A stretch of DNA of 53,797 bases, the filler included, from Sphacelaria rigidula (lineage: Eukaryota): assembly GCA_964200075.2 (NCBI GenBank). It is 5 parts of 5 records of this genome, joined end to end, with 100 filler letters (N's around TTAATTAATTAA, not from the genome) between each part and the next. Parts side by side here need not be neighbours in the genome. Positions count along the whole stretch, not along the records: positions 21,562 to 32,241 come from CAXNAA020006092.1; positions 32,342 to 43,019 come from CAXNAA020006093.1; 3 more parts are not named here. One strand, 5' to 3'. The notes under the pieces are model-generated. The model ran no database searches and was not told the origin of the DNA. It saw only the letters and a program-made list of their open reading frames with translations. Of this stretch, positions 26,084 through 37,658 are shown piece after piece. The position numbers were made by a program, and so were the translations under genes. The first letter of the stretch is position 1. Each line of letters starts with the position of its first letter.

Positions 26084-26557
26084 GTGTGCGACGCGGCCCT
26101 CATTCAGGCCGCACGCAAAACCAATATCGCCTTCGCCCACGAGATGTGCGAGTACATGGAAACACGGGGGCTCTTTCCGAGCCGAGAAGCCGTGAGCAAG
26201 CTTTACCAAGCCCTCGACGAGGGCACCCCCGGCTCTACAGCGCCCGCCACAACGGCAGATGGAGCAAAGGCAGCAGCAGCAGACCGACAAGCAGCAGAGA
26301 GCATTGGTGCCTATCTCGACTCATGGACCGATGAAAGCTTCGGCGATCTAGATGAAGACGGTTATCACTTTTTCGATCACGTTGGAGATGCCGACGAGGA
26401 TTATGACGATAAGGACGATGATGATGATGATCGTGGTGGTGGTGTTGGTGGTAGTGGCGGCGACGATGCTTTTAGCAATGCGGCAGCTGCGAGGGACGAT
26501 TTGGGAGATGTTGATCGGGATGTGGACGATGAAAACGGTGGCAGTGGTTCCCACGAG
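26084..26557 (+). CDS. PPR-like protein, internal exon leading into an Asp/Gly-rich region
   Basis: cacag|GTG...GAG|gtgtgt, 474 nt, phase 0/0; VCDAALIQAARKTNIAFAHEMCEYMETRGLFPS fits the PPR consensus (..eM...G..P). Confidence 0.82.
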
Positions 26558-26613
26558 GTGTGTGGGCATGGGCGGTATTGAACGGGGGGAAGCGGCGAAG
26601 TGTGTGTGGCGGG

Positions 26614-26790
26614 TGTACTCATGACCTTGCATGCCGTAGTCATGAGGCCGTTGGCCTCGCATCCCTACAAAAGCGGGACTGAGCACGCCGGGTTTTCGCC
26701 GGACCAGGGGAATGTGCGGGGGGGGTGCAAATTTGTTGCTTGCCTTGGTCGTTCGACCATTGACCACGTGTCCCTTTCGAGACGAAGCAC
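26614..26790. repeat. G/C-tract retroposon family, two adjacent copies (subfamily A 26614-26707, subfamily B 26725-26790)
   Basis: tgtactcatgaccttgcatgccgtagtc... and atttgttgcttgccttggtcgttcgaccattgaccacg...gagacgaagcac. Confidence 0.85.
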
Positions 26791-27509
26791 CGCTCCTACT
26801 CCTAGTAGAGACGCCTCCAACATTTAGGTGCTCACTATATTGGGGAGTGTGAGGGGTGCTATAGTTTCAAACTTCAGTTATGCAGCAAAACATGTATTGA
26901 CCGCTCGCGCACGAACCATGCAGTACTGTGGCTTCATCACTGCCATTCTCCACTATACGGTGAGTTGGGATCTTGTTTCGCACCCACCTTTTACGCTGTA
27001 AAAGTAGTAGGACTGCTCATAAAAAATACGTGGGACCAAAGTACCACACGATATATGTACTAATGGTCGGTTCAGTCTCGGGTTGGTCCTTGTGGGAACG
27101 GAGTTCTGCAAAGTTGGTGCTATGTACAACAAAATCTTATGGGACATCTGCAGCTATTTCGGGAACACTCCAATGTCTCGAATCATAGTCCAACCCAACT
27201 TTTGGGGCGACTTATCCCACATTCGCAAGACTCGGCTGTTTCAGACCGTTTGCCTCGCGTTCTCTCCAAAACGGAGCTTGTGAGAACGGTGGCTGGGGTT
27301 GGGGGGAGAATGTTAACACCGAGAGGAGGCGGTGTGGCAGTGCACATCATTACGTACTGCATAATACCAACGATACATTGTTCACACACGGATTTGGTTT
27401 TGGTGAATCCAAGCAAGGGTACATCGATCATGTAACAAGGCTGGATCCTTGGGGGATCAGTTGAAGTGCGACAATCAATCGATCAGATCTACCCTGCTCC
27501 CCCCCCCCC

Positions 27510-27551
27510 GTCAATGGTCTTATGACTATGGCATGCATGATCATGAGTACA
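27510..27551. repeat. G/C-tract retroposon family, 42-bp inverted copy
   Basis: gtcaatggtcttatgactatggcatgcatgatcatgagtaca between two C tracts. Confidence 0.85.
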
Positions 27552-27609
27552 CCGCACCCCCCGCGCGTGCGCCCTCCGCTATCCGTACTCATGTTTTCCA
27601 CCGACGTAG

Positions 27610-28578
27610 ATGCAGCATGATGTCAAGGTGGAGGCCAGCCAGGCACAAAGAGTCCCGCGGGAAGAGGCTTCGGCGCTGCAGCAACAGCGAGATTTGGCAG
27701 ACTATTCGGACGGGGAGGGGAGTGATCCGTGGTTGTTGGATGAGGATGAATTGGCGCCATCTGGGTTGCCGGCATCATCGCCATCGTTATTGTCATCGTC
27801 ATCGCCATTGTCATCGCCACCATCACGACCAAAAACGCCAACGGCGATGGAACACGCATCGGCAGTGCCACCATTACCACCATGTGCGGTAGCAGCGGCA
27901 GCAACAGCTGGAGCTGACGCACGAAAGAGGACGCAAAATATGCGACTGACTGTTCAAAAACACGATGACGGTCAAGCGACTGTTATCGATGCTGCTGCTG
28001 CTACTGGGTCGTCGCTCTCGCAAAAAGGACAACATCACCAAGCTCGAGACCGAACGCGGGGGCAAAAGCAACAGCCGAACCCCCTCGAGATAGAAAAAAC
28101 ACCAAGAGGGAGATCGGGGGGTGCTCCATCCGCGGTAGCAGCCATCGAATGGGGCGGACCGTCGTTCGTCGGAGATCTAGCGGCGCAACTCTCATGGTTA
28201 CATCCCAAGAAACCACCGATGGCATTCAGGGGACGATTGCGATACGACGACGATGATTTCGATGATGATTATAACAATTTCTATCATGTAGGGGGCAGTA
28301 ATGGAAGACTGGGGGACGTTTCGGACACGTACGACGGTTGGGGGCCGCACGGCATGGGGTGGGGGGGGGTTGAGAGCTGCCACCGGGGGGCAGCGGGGCA
28401 AGGACTCGACCATGGTCGCCCTACGATTGTTGACGTGGACTTAGCTGTAGGGGAAGACGAAGATGGGCAAGCGGAGACGGTGCCGGTGCGGGTGATCATT
28501 CGGTCCGAGCACGACGTTACCGTGAAAAATCTTTTGATGGAGGTGGTAGACGAGGACGAGGATGATGAAGACGAGTAG
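27610..28578 (+). CDS. PPR-like protein, terminal exon (low-complexity, acidic C-terminus)
   Basis: cgtag|ATG (or cag at 27615), phase 0; 322-codon open frame ending DEDEDDEDE*. Confidence 0.78.
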   Translation: MQHDVKVEASQAQRVPREEASALQQQRDLADYSDGEGSDPWLLDEDELAPSGLPASSPSLLSSSSPLSSPPSRPKTPTAMEHASAVPPLPPCAVAAAATAGADARKRTQNMRLTVQKHDDGQATVIDAAAATGSSLSQKGQHHQARDRTRGQKQQPNPLEIEKTPRGRSGGAPSAVAAIEWGGPSFVGDLAAQLSWLHPKKPPMAFRGRLRYDDDDFDDDYNNFYHVGGSNGRLGDVSDTYDGWGPHGMGWGGVESCHRGAAGQGLDHGRPTIVDVDLAVGEDEDGQAETVPVRVIIRSEHDVTVKNLLMEVVDEDEDDEDE

Positions 28579-29254
28579 AGTTTAGGTTTGGAGTAAAATA
28601 GTCGCCAACAATCGCTGAATTGCACTTGTGTGTCATGAGACGATACTCTGGTGTGATGGTGTTATTGAATTGACGGAGTCCGTCGGTCAGCGAGAGGATG
28701 TAGGGGAAAATATGAGTGGTATGTGCAGCTACTCAAGATACGGTACCTCTGGGCCGAATTATCGATGAAGGACGCGAGGCGGCGTCGGCAGGGGTACAGT
28801 TGTGAGTTATGGCTGGAATTCGTGTGTCGGAGGCGTGTCCGTTTTCTGCAATGCTTGATGCCCTCTCAGTGTTGTGCTGTGAAAGTCACCCTTTGCTCCG
28901 AATCAACGACTGCTTTTCTTAGACGCAGATGACAACAGTTTTGCCGTCAAAGTTCTGGAGTCTGCACGCACTGCTGTTTTCCTTGTACTGCCTTTGGACA
29001 ATCGTGGTCCCTCGCAGGATAGCTTGGGGGAGGCGATGTGAGTAGCTGAATTAACTTGGACTCCCAACAGCTTCCCGCCAGTGCGATGGTAAATAATGGT
29101 CAGGAGACAGACATCCAGTAATGAGGAACAACAGGAGGATGTATATAATTCATTGCCGCGCCCTTGTGGCCTAGCTGTTACACCTATAATGACCAGTTAG
29201 GGGGGGGAGATTTGCGAGCCATGACCCCCACAGATACGATCCTTGCAAGCGGAA

Positions 29255-29400
29255 TCTGGTTTCCGTCGTTGAAAGCGTGAGGACGTGAGCAGCAAGGAAA
29301 CATTTGACGAGAGTCGACGCGGTGCGGAAGTGCTGGTGGTCATGATCCGATCCGCGATGTTGGATGTAAGTCAGGTACCGGAGGAGTGATGTGTTGATCC
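29255..29400 (+). repeat. Dispersed repeat fragment shared with ~21775-21900
   Basis: Both contain cgttgaaagcgtgaggac(g/t)tgag(c/t)agca...gtcgac..ggtgcgg...tcat.atcc.atccgcgat. Confidence 0.65.
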
Positions 29401-29540
29401 CACGAGACTGCAGGCACGTCCAGAGGGGAGAGGGGGGTGTTGCAAGGATGTCGTACGAAAAAATGGCCAAGCTTGTCTTCATCATTTTGATGGGCACTGC
29501 TATTCCAATCCCACTGTCACAACCCCCCCCTCCCCCTCCC

Positions 29541-29842
29541 ATGGTGAGACACCACGCCCATGGGGCAGAGTATAAGACGTGACTGTCTCTGGAAGTGGCG
29601 ATACCAGGAAATGGAGCAACTCATTGGAGGCTGTCATCCAAATGCAAGATAGTCAGTACGCTGCGGGCAGAACAATCTTGGCAGAATGCAGCTCACCCTT
29701 CATGCGACTCGCCGAACACCCCACGGCGCTTCACGCTTGGTGATTGAGTGCGAGTCTGGTCCAGCGAAAACCCGGCGTGGCTTCGTAGGGATACGAGGTC
29801 AAAAGTCCTATGACTATGGCAAGCACGATCATGAGTAGTACA
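29541..29842. mobile_element. G/C-tract retroposon family, second ~300-bp long copy (inverted)
   Basis: Reverse complement aligns across the whole 16281-16583 copy; flanked by ccctccccc on both sides. Confidence 0.88.
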
Positions 29843-30306
29843 CCCCTCCCCCGCGCCCCCGCCAGCGTTGACAAGAATTGTATGTGATACATGATGTAAA
29901 CCCGATCGATCGAAACCGCCGAGGAGGCCGTTCAGTGAGCGCAGGCATCGCCGTGCGACCGCGTTTCTCTGTACCGCTTTATCATGCACCTTCTCATCCC
30001 CCGTTTCGGGTGCATGTCTGAGCCCGAAACAGCCCAAGAAGATCCTCCGAGGGCTCAGGTCGTGACTGATGAGCGCTCTTTCGCTTCAGTGGCATAGTCG
30101 GAAAGCCTACAACAAATTGCCCCTAACATGGTGCTTCCAACCGGGAATGCCGTTTCAATGCTGTCCGCTTGGATCTGATCTCCCTGTTTGTTGATAATTG
30201 CTGTGAGATCCTACCAGCCAGAAAATTTGGATATACCGTGTAGCTCTTGAATAAAGAACAGACTGGTGCCAGAAAAAGGGTCCTTTGCATGAAGTCACGC
30301 CATCTA

Positions 30307-30735
30307 ACACGGGATCTTGTAAATTGGGGATGGATGTTTTATTGGGGATGAGAAACCCGGAGAATTACAATCTTCGTATCCACACCAGATCTTCGAAGTA
30401 TAGTCCCATTTCTTCACCTACTGGTAGCTATTGACAACTACCACACGCCATAGAATTTTGGATTTCGATCACCAAAATGTTGGGGTCCTAGGTGAAGAAT
30501 TATTTTGGGGGGAATTTCGGGTGTCCGAACGGACGCCAAAATGGTTCCGAAATTGGTTTTTAACCTAGGATCCCAGCATTTCGGTGATCGAAATCCAAAT
30601 TTCTATGGCGTGTAGCAGTTTTCAATAGCGATCAGTAGGTGAAGAAATGGAACCATATTCCGAAGATTTGGTGTGGATAAGAAGATTATAATTCTCCGGG
30701 TTTCTCATCCCCAATAAAGCATCCATCCCCAATTT
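30307..30735. mobile_element. Foldback/MITE with ~180-bp inverted arms (same family as 9337-9634), right end lost
   Basis: TA|ACACGGGATCTTGTAAATTGGGGATGG...CCTAGG...CCTAGG...CCATCCCCAATT; the arms mirror each other. Confidence 0.85.
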
Positions 30736-31183
30736 CGGAACAGCCATAGAAAAAAACACTTTGATTTCCTGAACTCCGTCCACACCATTGAAATGACTCT
30801 TGTTACCTGAGGAAACGTTGCCGCTTTGGGTCCGGCCAAAGGCTCGAAGATACTGTCGAACAGCACAACCAAACTTTGCTGGCATTGACATCCGCCATTC
30901 AGTACAGAACCAGACATAAATCGACAGTTTAACGTTCTTATTAGAAAGCAACGGGCATAAACCGGTTTTGTAGGTGGGAAAACGGGGGTTTTCATATAGA
31001 AGAAACTCTGTGTTCCCCCGTGGATGTTACATGCACTCGCAAAAACTCTGTTGTCGTTCTTTCATACCTGGCGGAGCTTGGGCGGAGGGATGGGGAAGCC
31101 ACAGCTTTAGGTAACAAGAGTCATTTCAATGGTGTGGACGGAGTTTAGAAAATCAAATTGTTTTGTTTCTATGGCTGTTCCGG
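30735..31183. mobile_element. MITE with ~75-bp TIRs flanked by AATT
   Basis: AATT|TCGGAACAGCCATAGAAA...CTCCGTCCACACCATTGAAATGACTCTTGTTACCT is mirrored by AGGTAACAAGAGTCATTTCAATGGTGTGGACGGAG...TTTCTATGGCTGTTCCGG|AATT. Confidence 0.85.
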
Positions 31184-32241
31184 AATTCGGTACATAACAT
31201 GTTGTTACGGTGGGTGACCTCTCTGTAGACGCTCTGCAGACGGGAGTCAGTAAAGTAGAGCAACGAAAGCTCCAGATTGCAGCACTGCCGTACCCCTCTG
31301 CACCACACTAGCAACAGTTAGGTCACCACCATAGGTATCTTTTTTCACTCCGCATGTCAAGAGGGTCTCCACCAGTGTTTGATCTCCATCACACACACAC
31401 CCTGACTGGCCTGTGGGAGGCTCTTCTTGTGATCGGGCACCTGGATGGTCACATATTATGTCATGTAGGGTAAAATCAACGATGCACAACCCCCCCCAAG
31501 TTCAAATTGGATCTGTTATTACTGCCGCAGCACACCGTCCTTGCTGGCATGTGTGTGACAGATAACGGTAGTAGCGGTGACGGGAACATTGCCCTGTTTT
31601 TCAACGACATTTGTATCAGCGCATAGAGATGCGTCCTGTCCAAAAAGAGAGGCACAGAGAAATCGATCTTAGCATTGGTGAGCTCCACAGACAAGAAGAG
31701 ACGAAATCTCTCCGCGACTCCATGTTCTTTTGGGGGCTGAGCGCAGCAGTAGGATAATATACCTACCGGCACATGGGAAATTTGGGACGTGCTAGTAATA
31801 TCCATGATGCCAGTCTCTCGAGCGATTGGTAGTCGCCGAGCGAGGACACACACAGGACACGGGTAAGGAGCTTCCTCTGTGTCGTTGCTTCTCTCTCTGG
31901 TGATATCCTCATCGACACGCGTGTACACCGCATTCGTTCGGTGCATTTAGCCACAACTGATTCACTGCTGCAGAGTTTTGAGGGGAAAGATCGTTTCGCT
32001 CTGTGTAACTGTTTCGCATCATCCCTGCAGAAAAGGTATGCCACTTGAACCTCATTTGTGAGATCGACCCCATTTTCCAGCATCCACTGTTATCTGATGA
32101 ATTGTCACCGCTTTTACTTGGAAAAATAGAACGGACAAACTTGGAAACCGGAAACCGAGTTTGAGATACCTCTATTGATCAATTTCTTGCGACAAAGTTG
32201 ACAGAACAAAAAAAAAAATCATGACAATTTTCGAGAAAATG

Positions 32242-32341
32242 NNNNNNNNNNNNNNNNNNNNNNNNNNNNNNNNNNNNNNNNNNNNTTAATTAATTAANNN
32301 NNNNNNNNNNNNNNNNNNNNNNNNNNNNNNNNNNNNNNNNN
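32242..32341. other. Assembly linker
   Basis: N44-TTAATTAATTAA-N44. Confidence 0.97.
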
Positions 32342-32791
32342 AATCGGAATCAATTTCAAGTGAAAAAAAGTATGCATGATCCAGAAAGACTAATCTCGCC
32401 GTCTAAGGGTTAAGTTGATGGGCAGGAAGGCGCGTACACCAGTTGAAAAAAGATGCAGAAGTTTCGAAGAGGAGGCACGCGTAAAGTGCAAGAATACCCT
32501 CTCAGAAGTAGCGATGTGCCGTGATGGCAGACTAGCAACGTGGCTTCACTTTCACCAGGACAAACACAGCTGCGATAAAACCCGATGAGAACGACATACG
32601 CTCGTGTACTGTGCAGCATGTTCCCAACAACAACAACAACTATAGCAGCAGCAACAGATTTGCACATCGCCTCGAGAAATAGTGATACACACGTCCTTAC
32701 TTTTCCTGGCGTCTGTTTTGAACACGGCCCGCTGCTTTTTTTCACGTGTCAACAGTGCGATACAGTCCACCCGTAAAATAAACAGGCTCAC

Positions 32792-33012
32792 CTGCCCGAT
32801 ACTGTATTTATCGAAAAATCGCCGCCGGTTCTCAGGACGGAACCCCATGGGCAGGGCGGAGGATGCTCTAATATCACCGTATCCCTCCGTCGCCTTACTC
32901 CCACCTTCTCCATTATGGGCATCTACAACCCTCCTGGATGCGGCGATCAGGGACATCCCGTCCCCGATGGTGTGGTGTACGCGCAGCACAATCACACTGC
33001 CTAGTCCCTCAT
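32792..33012 (-). CDS. WS/DGAT-family acyltransferase, exon with catalytic HHxxxDG
   Basis: cgtag|AT...CAG|gtgagc; (D)EGLGSVIVLRVHHTIGDGMSL. Downstream exons not found before the gap. Confidence 0.9.
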
Positions 33013-33053
33013 CTACGCGGCAGCAGCAAGTGAGGCGGGATACGTAGGGGGGG

Positions 33054-33180
33054 TGTACTCATGATCATGCATGCCATGGTCATACGACTGTAAGGGGGGG
33101 GAAACAGAAGGGGCGTACTCATTTGATGCTTGCCTCAGCCATTTGACCATTGGCCACGCACCCCTTTCGAGACGGAGCAT
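33054..33180. repeat. G/C-tract retroposon family, two adjacent copies (33054-33089 with imperfect TSD gta(a)ggggggg; 33115-33180)
   Basis: tgtactcatgatcatgcatgccatggtcatacgact and gtactcatttgatgcttgcctcagccatttgaccattggccacgcacccctttcgagacggagca. Confidence 0.85.
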
Positions 33181-33726
33181 AGAAGCATAAGCGGGGAGGG
33201 ACTGGGGGGTGACGTGACGCTGACTGTGCTGTAGTTGCCGAGAACTCATGTGAAAAAAATATAAATGCTTCGGGTGACTGCCGATACCAACGACAACGAA
33301 ATTTCCTCGACAGAACTTCCACAGTCGTGCACCTGTGCATCAACTTTGAAGCGGTACTGTAAGTCTATGCCTGGGGACATGGTTTCAACCCCTACAAGCC
33401 CCCTTCTCACCAGCGCAATTAAAAAAGAACCAACCGCAAACAAAAAATAAATTGCTGGAGATGGATACATTGCGGCAACGATAGAATAGAGTAAAATCGT
33501 GGAGGTAACAGATGCCGGTCCGGTATATGCTGTGAATTCCCAACTCAGGTACGGGTCAGAGGGAAAGAGCTCGTTCGGTCGGCAGAGAGTCGATACGGGG
33601 ACTCGATACGACAAAACTCGAAAGGTTTTAAATATACATACTTGTTGGAACAGAAAATTATCAATTCCCTCACGAGACTCTGGCCCCCAACAAACAATGC
33701 GCAAACATATGATTCACCGACGGTAC

Positions 33727-33779
33727 CTTCGGCAGAATCGACGTTTTCAATCACATGCATGTCCCAGAGCGGAAGTTTC
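33727..33779 (-). CDS. WS/DGAT exon (PLW motif)
   Basis: ttcgcag|G...G|gtaccg, 53 nt; KLPLWDMHVIENVDSAE; phases match both neighbours. Confidence 0.88.
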
Positions 33780-33854
33780 CTGCGAAAAACATCGCCACAA
33801 GGAGGTTAGCACGGGCGGCGGCGGCGGGGCGGGGGGGCGGGGGGGGCGGGGAAC

Positions 33855-33915
33855 GTAATCATTTGTTGCTTGCCTTGGTCGTTTTACCATTGACCACGCA
33901 TCCCTTTCGAGACGG
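33855..33915. repeat. G/C-tract retroposon family, subfamily B copy
   Basis: gtaatcatttgttgcttgccttggtcgttttaccattgaccacgcatccctttcgagacgg; acgggcggcgg is repeated on both flanks. Confidence 0.8.
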
Positions 33916-34940
33916 GCGGCGGGGGAGGGGGGGGACTGTTTATCACCGGGTAAGTGTATATTCAATCGTTTCGTTCCTTCAGCGAAAGAAAAAAACACGC
34001 CAACATATCTGATTCCAACAGCGATTACAGAACGCGCTGTTTCGAATATCAGGTCTTACGGAGCCACTTTAAGCAGAGCGACCTTCATTATATACAATGG
34101 TATGCATGTTGGATATAAGAAGAACGCAGCAGTGAGCAATCAGCAGAATATCTCCCGGTCGTTTACGCCCTCGACGCACCATGGTTGTATCATAGACATG
34201 AGAAACACCACGAACGGAGTTTCCCGAAAGATTGACGGAAGCGGCAAACATAAGACCAAGACACCGATGAGCCCTCTCGCACAAACACAATGAAAAGAAA
34301 CAAAGCCAGTTCCTATTCCAACGTTTGCAACGCCACCATTACATGTATGTGCTGCTCCCTCCCAACAGTGAAAGAAAACTGTCACCTTGTCACGTTGGCA
34401 AGTTGGAGGGTGGACGACGCCTTGAACAGCGGCCGTCATCAACGAAATACTTCCCCGCCAACCACTACCGGTTAAATCAGACTCTTTAACGGGCATAGGC
34501 GGCAACTCTTGAGGCATGTACCCCCTCCCCATTTCACCCCTTAAGCGCCAGACCTCTTTTCGGAACAATATGACGGAATGATCTTCAACGCCAGCAAACC
34601 TGACACTAAGCGGCGTTTCCCTCTGCTTGTGAGCACCACCTACCCACAATGACAGTAGACGGTGGACCTGGTATGGACAGCCCCAACTTGCGTATTTACC
34701 TCTACACACTTTCGGGATGACTTTCGGGCTGGAGTACGAGGTGATGTCCGCACTTATGCCCATTGCCAATGCTACCTATGATTGAGACCCCTTACCCAAA
34801 TGCAAATCGAGAACCATGCAGATATCAGAATATGATGCCCTGGGCGAAAAACAAGATCATCATCAAACCCTGGAATTGCAGCGCCGAACTCTACTGAAAT
34901 ACATTGAACCCCCGTTCGACCAGAGGTTGGGAATGCACAC

Positions 34941-35056
34941 CTGTCGCCGTCGTCTGTGGTTTGACGTAGCGGATACTCCATGACACGATCTATCTCTTGC
35001 TGAACCTCTGCCGAACCAGTCACCCGGACGCGGTGAATCATGTCCGCGGGGTTCAC
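34941..35056 (-). CDS. WS/DGAT exon
   Basis: ttgcagcag|GTG...AG|gtgtgc; VNPADMIHRVRVTGSAEVQQEIDRVMEYPLRQTTDDGD(R). A NAGNAG acceptor allows an alternative start at 35059. Confidence 0.85.
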
Positions 35057-36339
35057 CTGCTGCAAGAGGAACAGAAAAGGAAAGAATCAGCGGGAAACAG
35101 GGACAAGTCATCAAATACAAGCATAAGCCATGCAGTACACCTGCATCACAAATGCCCTCCGCTCATCTCGTTCGTGCTTACCCCTTATCCTGCCGTGGGG
35201 GGAATACGACACCGAAGATGACGACAACTGGAACATGGACGGGGGAAAACGTGGGGAAGGACGAAAACATTGAAGGATACATACGGGGACATACGCTCAT
35301 GCTCAGCACTTAGCTTGGCATGAAGGTGAGGAAATGTGTGATGCGTTGAAGCACTCGCAGGCAGTAGCACGAAAAGGGAGACGTGAAACGTGAAACGGGA
35401 TTCAAGCACGGCGTCAACACGGTAAAGCAGGAGGAGAGAAAAATTGCATCGAGAGGAGTTGACAGCCAGCACGCGCGGCAGGCTGCTCATGATAGATCGT
35501 GTACGGCTATTTTTGTCATCATCCACACATGCTTCAATACCAAAGCATAGGACACCACTGGAAACGATTACGAAAATCAAGGCTCTTCACATGACCAGCG
35601 TTACACGTGTCTCGTTCACGTGTTCATGTTCCCGGACCGGTTCAAAGATGGTCATGAACCAAGTAAAACAAATTGTGTATGTACGATTCGAGGATGGTCA
35701 CGTGGCCCTTTTGCTCGCTTCAGAGATGGCCGTGTGATATTTTCGCTCGTGCCGTCCGGTTCAAGCACGACTATGTGAGACACGTACCCGGTTCAGAGAC
35801 GGCCGTGTAAAAGCTTGCCCTCGACGTGAAAAGCCTCCACAAAAAAGGGAGGCAGCACATGTGAAGGAGAGCGCCAATGCTGAGCACGTGATCAGGCGTG
35901 ATACCGGGGCGTACCCTTCGCTCGTGCACGATTCCGTTGTTTGTGTTACGGGTTAGGACAAGCAGATCACATATACTTCTGGTGTGACTACCGTTCTTTG
36001 TTCAGTTATTCCCAGATCGAAATAAGATGCCGACCATGGCGTAGGGCATGAGTGCCGATTGAAGTGCGACATGTCCGTGGCAATTACCTATTTTCATGTA
36101 GAATACGCAATCTCCCGACAACAACAAACACACACGTCCCCGAGCCAGCCACATGTTTCCTAGGTCTCGGGCGCGTCGTTTTCCCACCGAAAACACCGTT
36201 CCATATTCCGACCCCTTCCCCGAAAGCACATCCGTCTAGCGTCCAGTTACTGGGGTTGACGCGGTGACTGAGTAAATCGACTCGAACGAAGTCGACTCTG
36301 ATGATGGCCGTGTGCATCCCATATCGATGGGTTTCACAC

Positions 36340-36490
36340 CTCAATGTCGTACCACTCGAAACGGTGCGAGAGGGCAGGAGGGAACAAGCGTTTGGGCGTC
36401 CGCTTCGGCAGGCTCCGGAAGTTATCGTAGGTAAGAATCTTGGCACATGTCTCCTCCAATGCCGCCTGCTGAGGTGCTTTGTCGAAATAT
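36340..36490 (-). CDS. WS/DGAT exon
   Basis: acacag|A...GAG|gtgtga, 151 nt; YFDKAPQQAALEETCAKILTYDNFRSLPK...FEWYDIE. Confidence 0.85.
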
Positions 36491-36639
36491 CTGTGTATGT
36501 GTGTGTTTATTTGCACATGGTGGGAATCGCGCCATTGCGGGTCGGATGCCAAGCACGAGTCAAAGATAGTTCACGGTACGTGACGTGATCAGAGTATACG
36601 GTACTGTATGGTAGAGTTTTCCAAGGGTCGGACCAACAA

Positions 36640-36870
36640 ATGATTCGTCTGGAAATTTCTTATTCTCGGTGTAATTGAGACGTACCGCACAAATCAACCC
36701 TGAAGCTTCGTTTTCAGCGCTGCAACCCAGGTACGCGCAGCCCAGGCGCATGGAATGGCGCAAAAAATGCGTGGAGACCTTTTTGGACCAGCGGTCAACC
36801 TTTCTTCTCTATTTCGAGCAATCAGGTCTGAAAAATCGTGGATTTGGTGATTCGAACCGGGGATAATATG
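36640..36870. repeat. Dispersed repeat related to ~10580-10681 and ~43530-43715 (opposite strand)
   Basis: Shared motif cgattttt..ggcct.attgc.c.aaa...gttga.cgctggtcca and ...tacctggg....cgctgaaaa. Confidence 0.6.
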
Positions 36871-37528
36871 TCCGAACCGTGGAGTTTTCGATATCGGATT
36901 TTTGTAGCTGGGGGCCGCGGTAAATGGCGAAAGTGTTAGCGGAAGCAACAATGGGTACAAATTGCGCCAAGGGAGAGACGCTGTTGGAGAGTTATGCGTT
37001 GGTCGGAAAGTACTTCAAACATGAAGAAACAACAAAGACGACAGCGGCAAGAACACTCAAAGTGGAAGGGCCGGGGACGGACTAGAATCGCATGGTAAAC
37101 AAAGCCCTACGGTGGGGCACCTAAAACCACCGACAGCCGCGACATGCGACGGGATACCGTGTGAAACAAGGGTCTGAACAACCTTCCCTTCGGCAGAAAA
37201 AACACGGCTTCATTCCACTGTCGTCATCACCCCTACAATGGATAGTGAAGAATCCCACGACTTTTCAACGTTATCCGCGTACGTGAGAGGTGATATTTAT
37301 CTTCATTTTGAGCCCCAAATGCGTCGTGTTCTCCACGAATTCGACACCAAATATCGGTGACCGCGCGCGCAAGCGAGGTCGTAGTCGTAGGCAAGCATTG
37401 GAACTATCCATTGACGCCACTCAAACTGAAGAAAATAAGTATTTTCCCTTTCCAGTTCGACACCCGTGCGATCTCAACCCCCCCAGTCTTATTTCTAGAG
37501 GCCGCGCCGGGCAGCACTTGGTGCTTAC

Positions 37529-37658
37529 AATACGGCGTTGATGATTGGTGGCGGAAATTTTATGTCCGTAGGCCAGGACCCCACCGCCATGAAGCCACTG
37601 GCGAAGGACATAGATCGGCCGCGCGTCTCCGGCTCCTCCCCCTCGCGCAACTTGCGAC
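37529..37658 (-). CDS. WS/DGAT exon
   Basis: gacag|GT...TT|gtaagc, 130 nt; RKLREG...MSFASGFMAVGSWPTDIKFPPPIINAV(L), which joins YFD in frame. Confidence 0.85.

Noticed and set aside
30066-30110. CTGATGAG...GAAA as a hammerhead ribozyme core
   Set aside because: No convincing stem II closing onto GAAA and no stem I/III pairing; no CTGATGA core was found in the 300-bp retroposon either.
31247-32083. Overlapping minus-strand ORFs as WS/DGAT 3' exons
   Set aside because: No WS/DGAT C-terminal motifs, frames are broken, and they lie across a contig linker.
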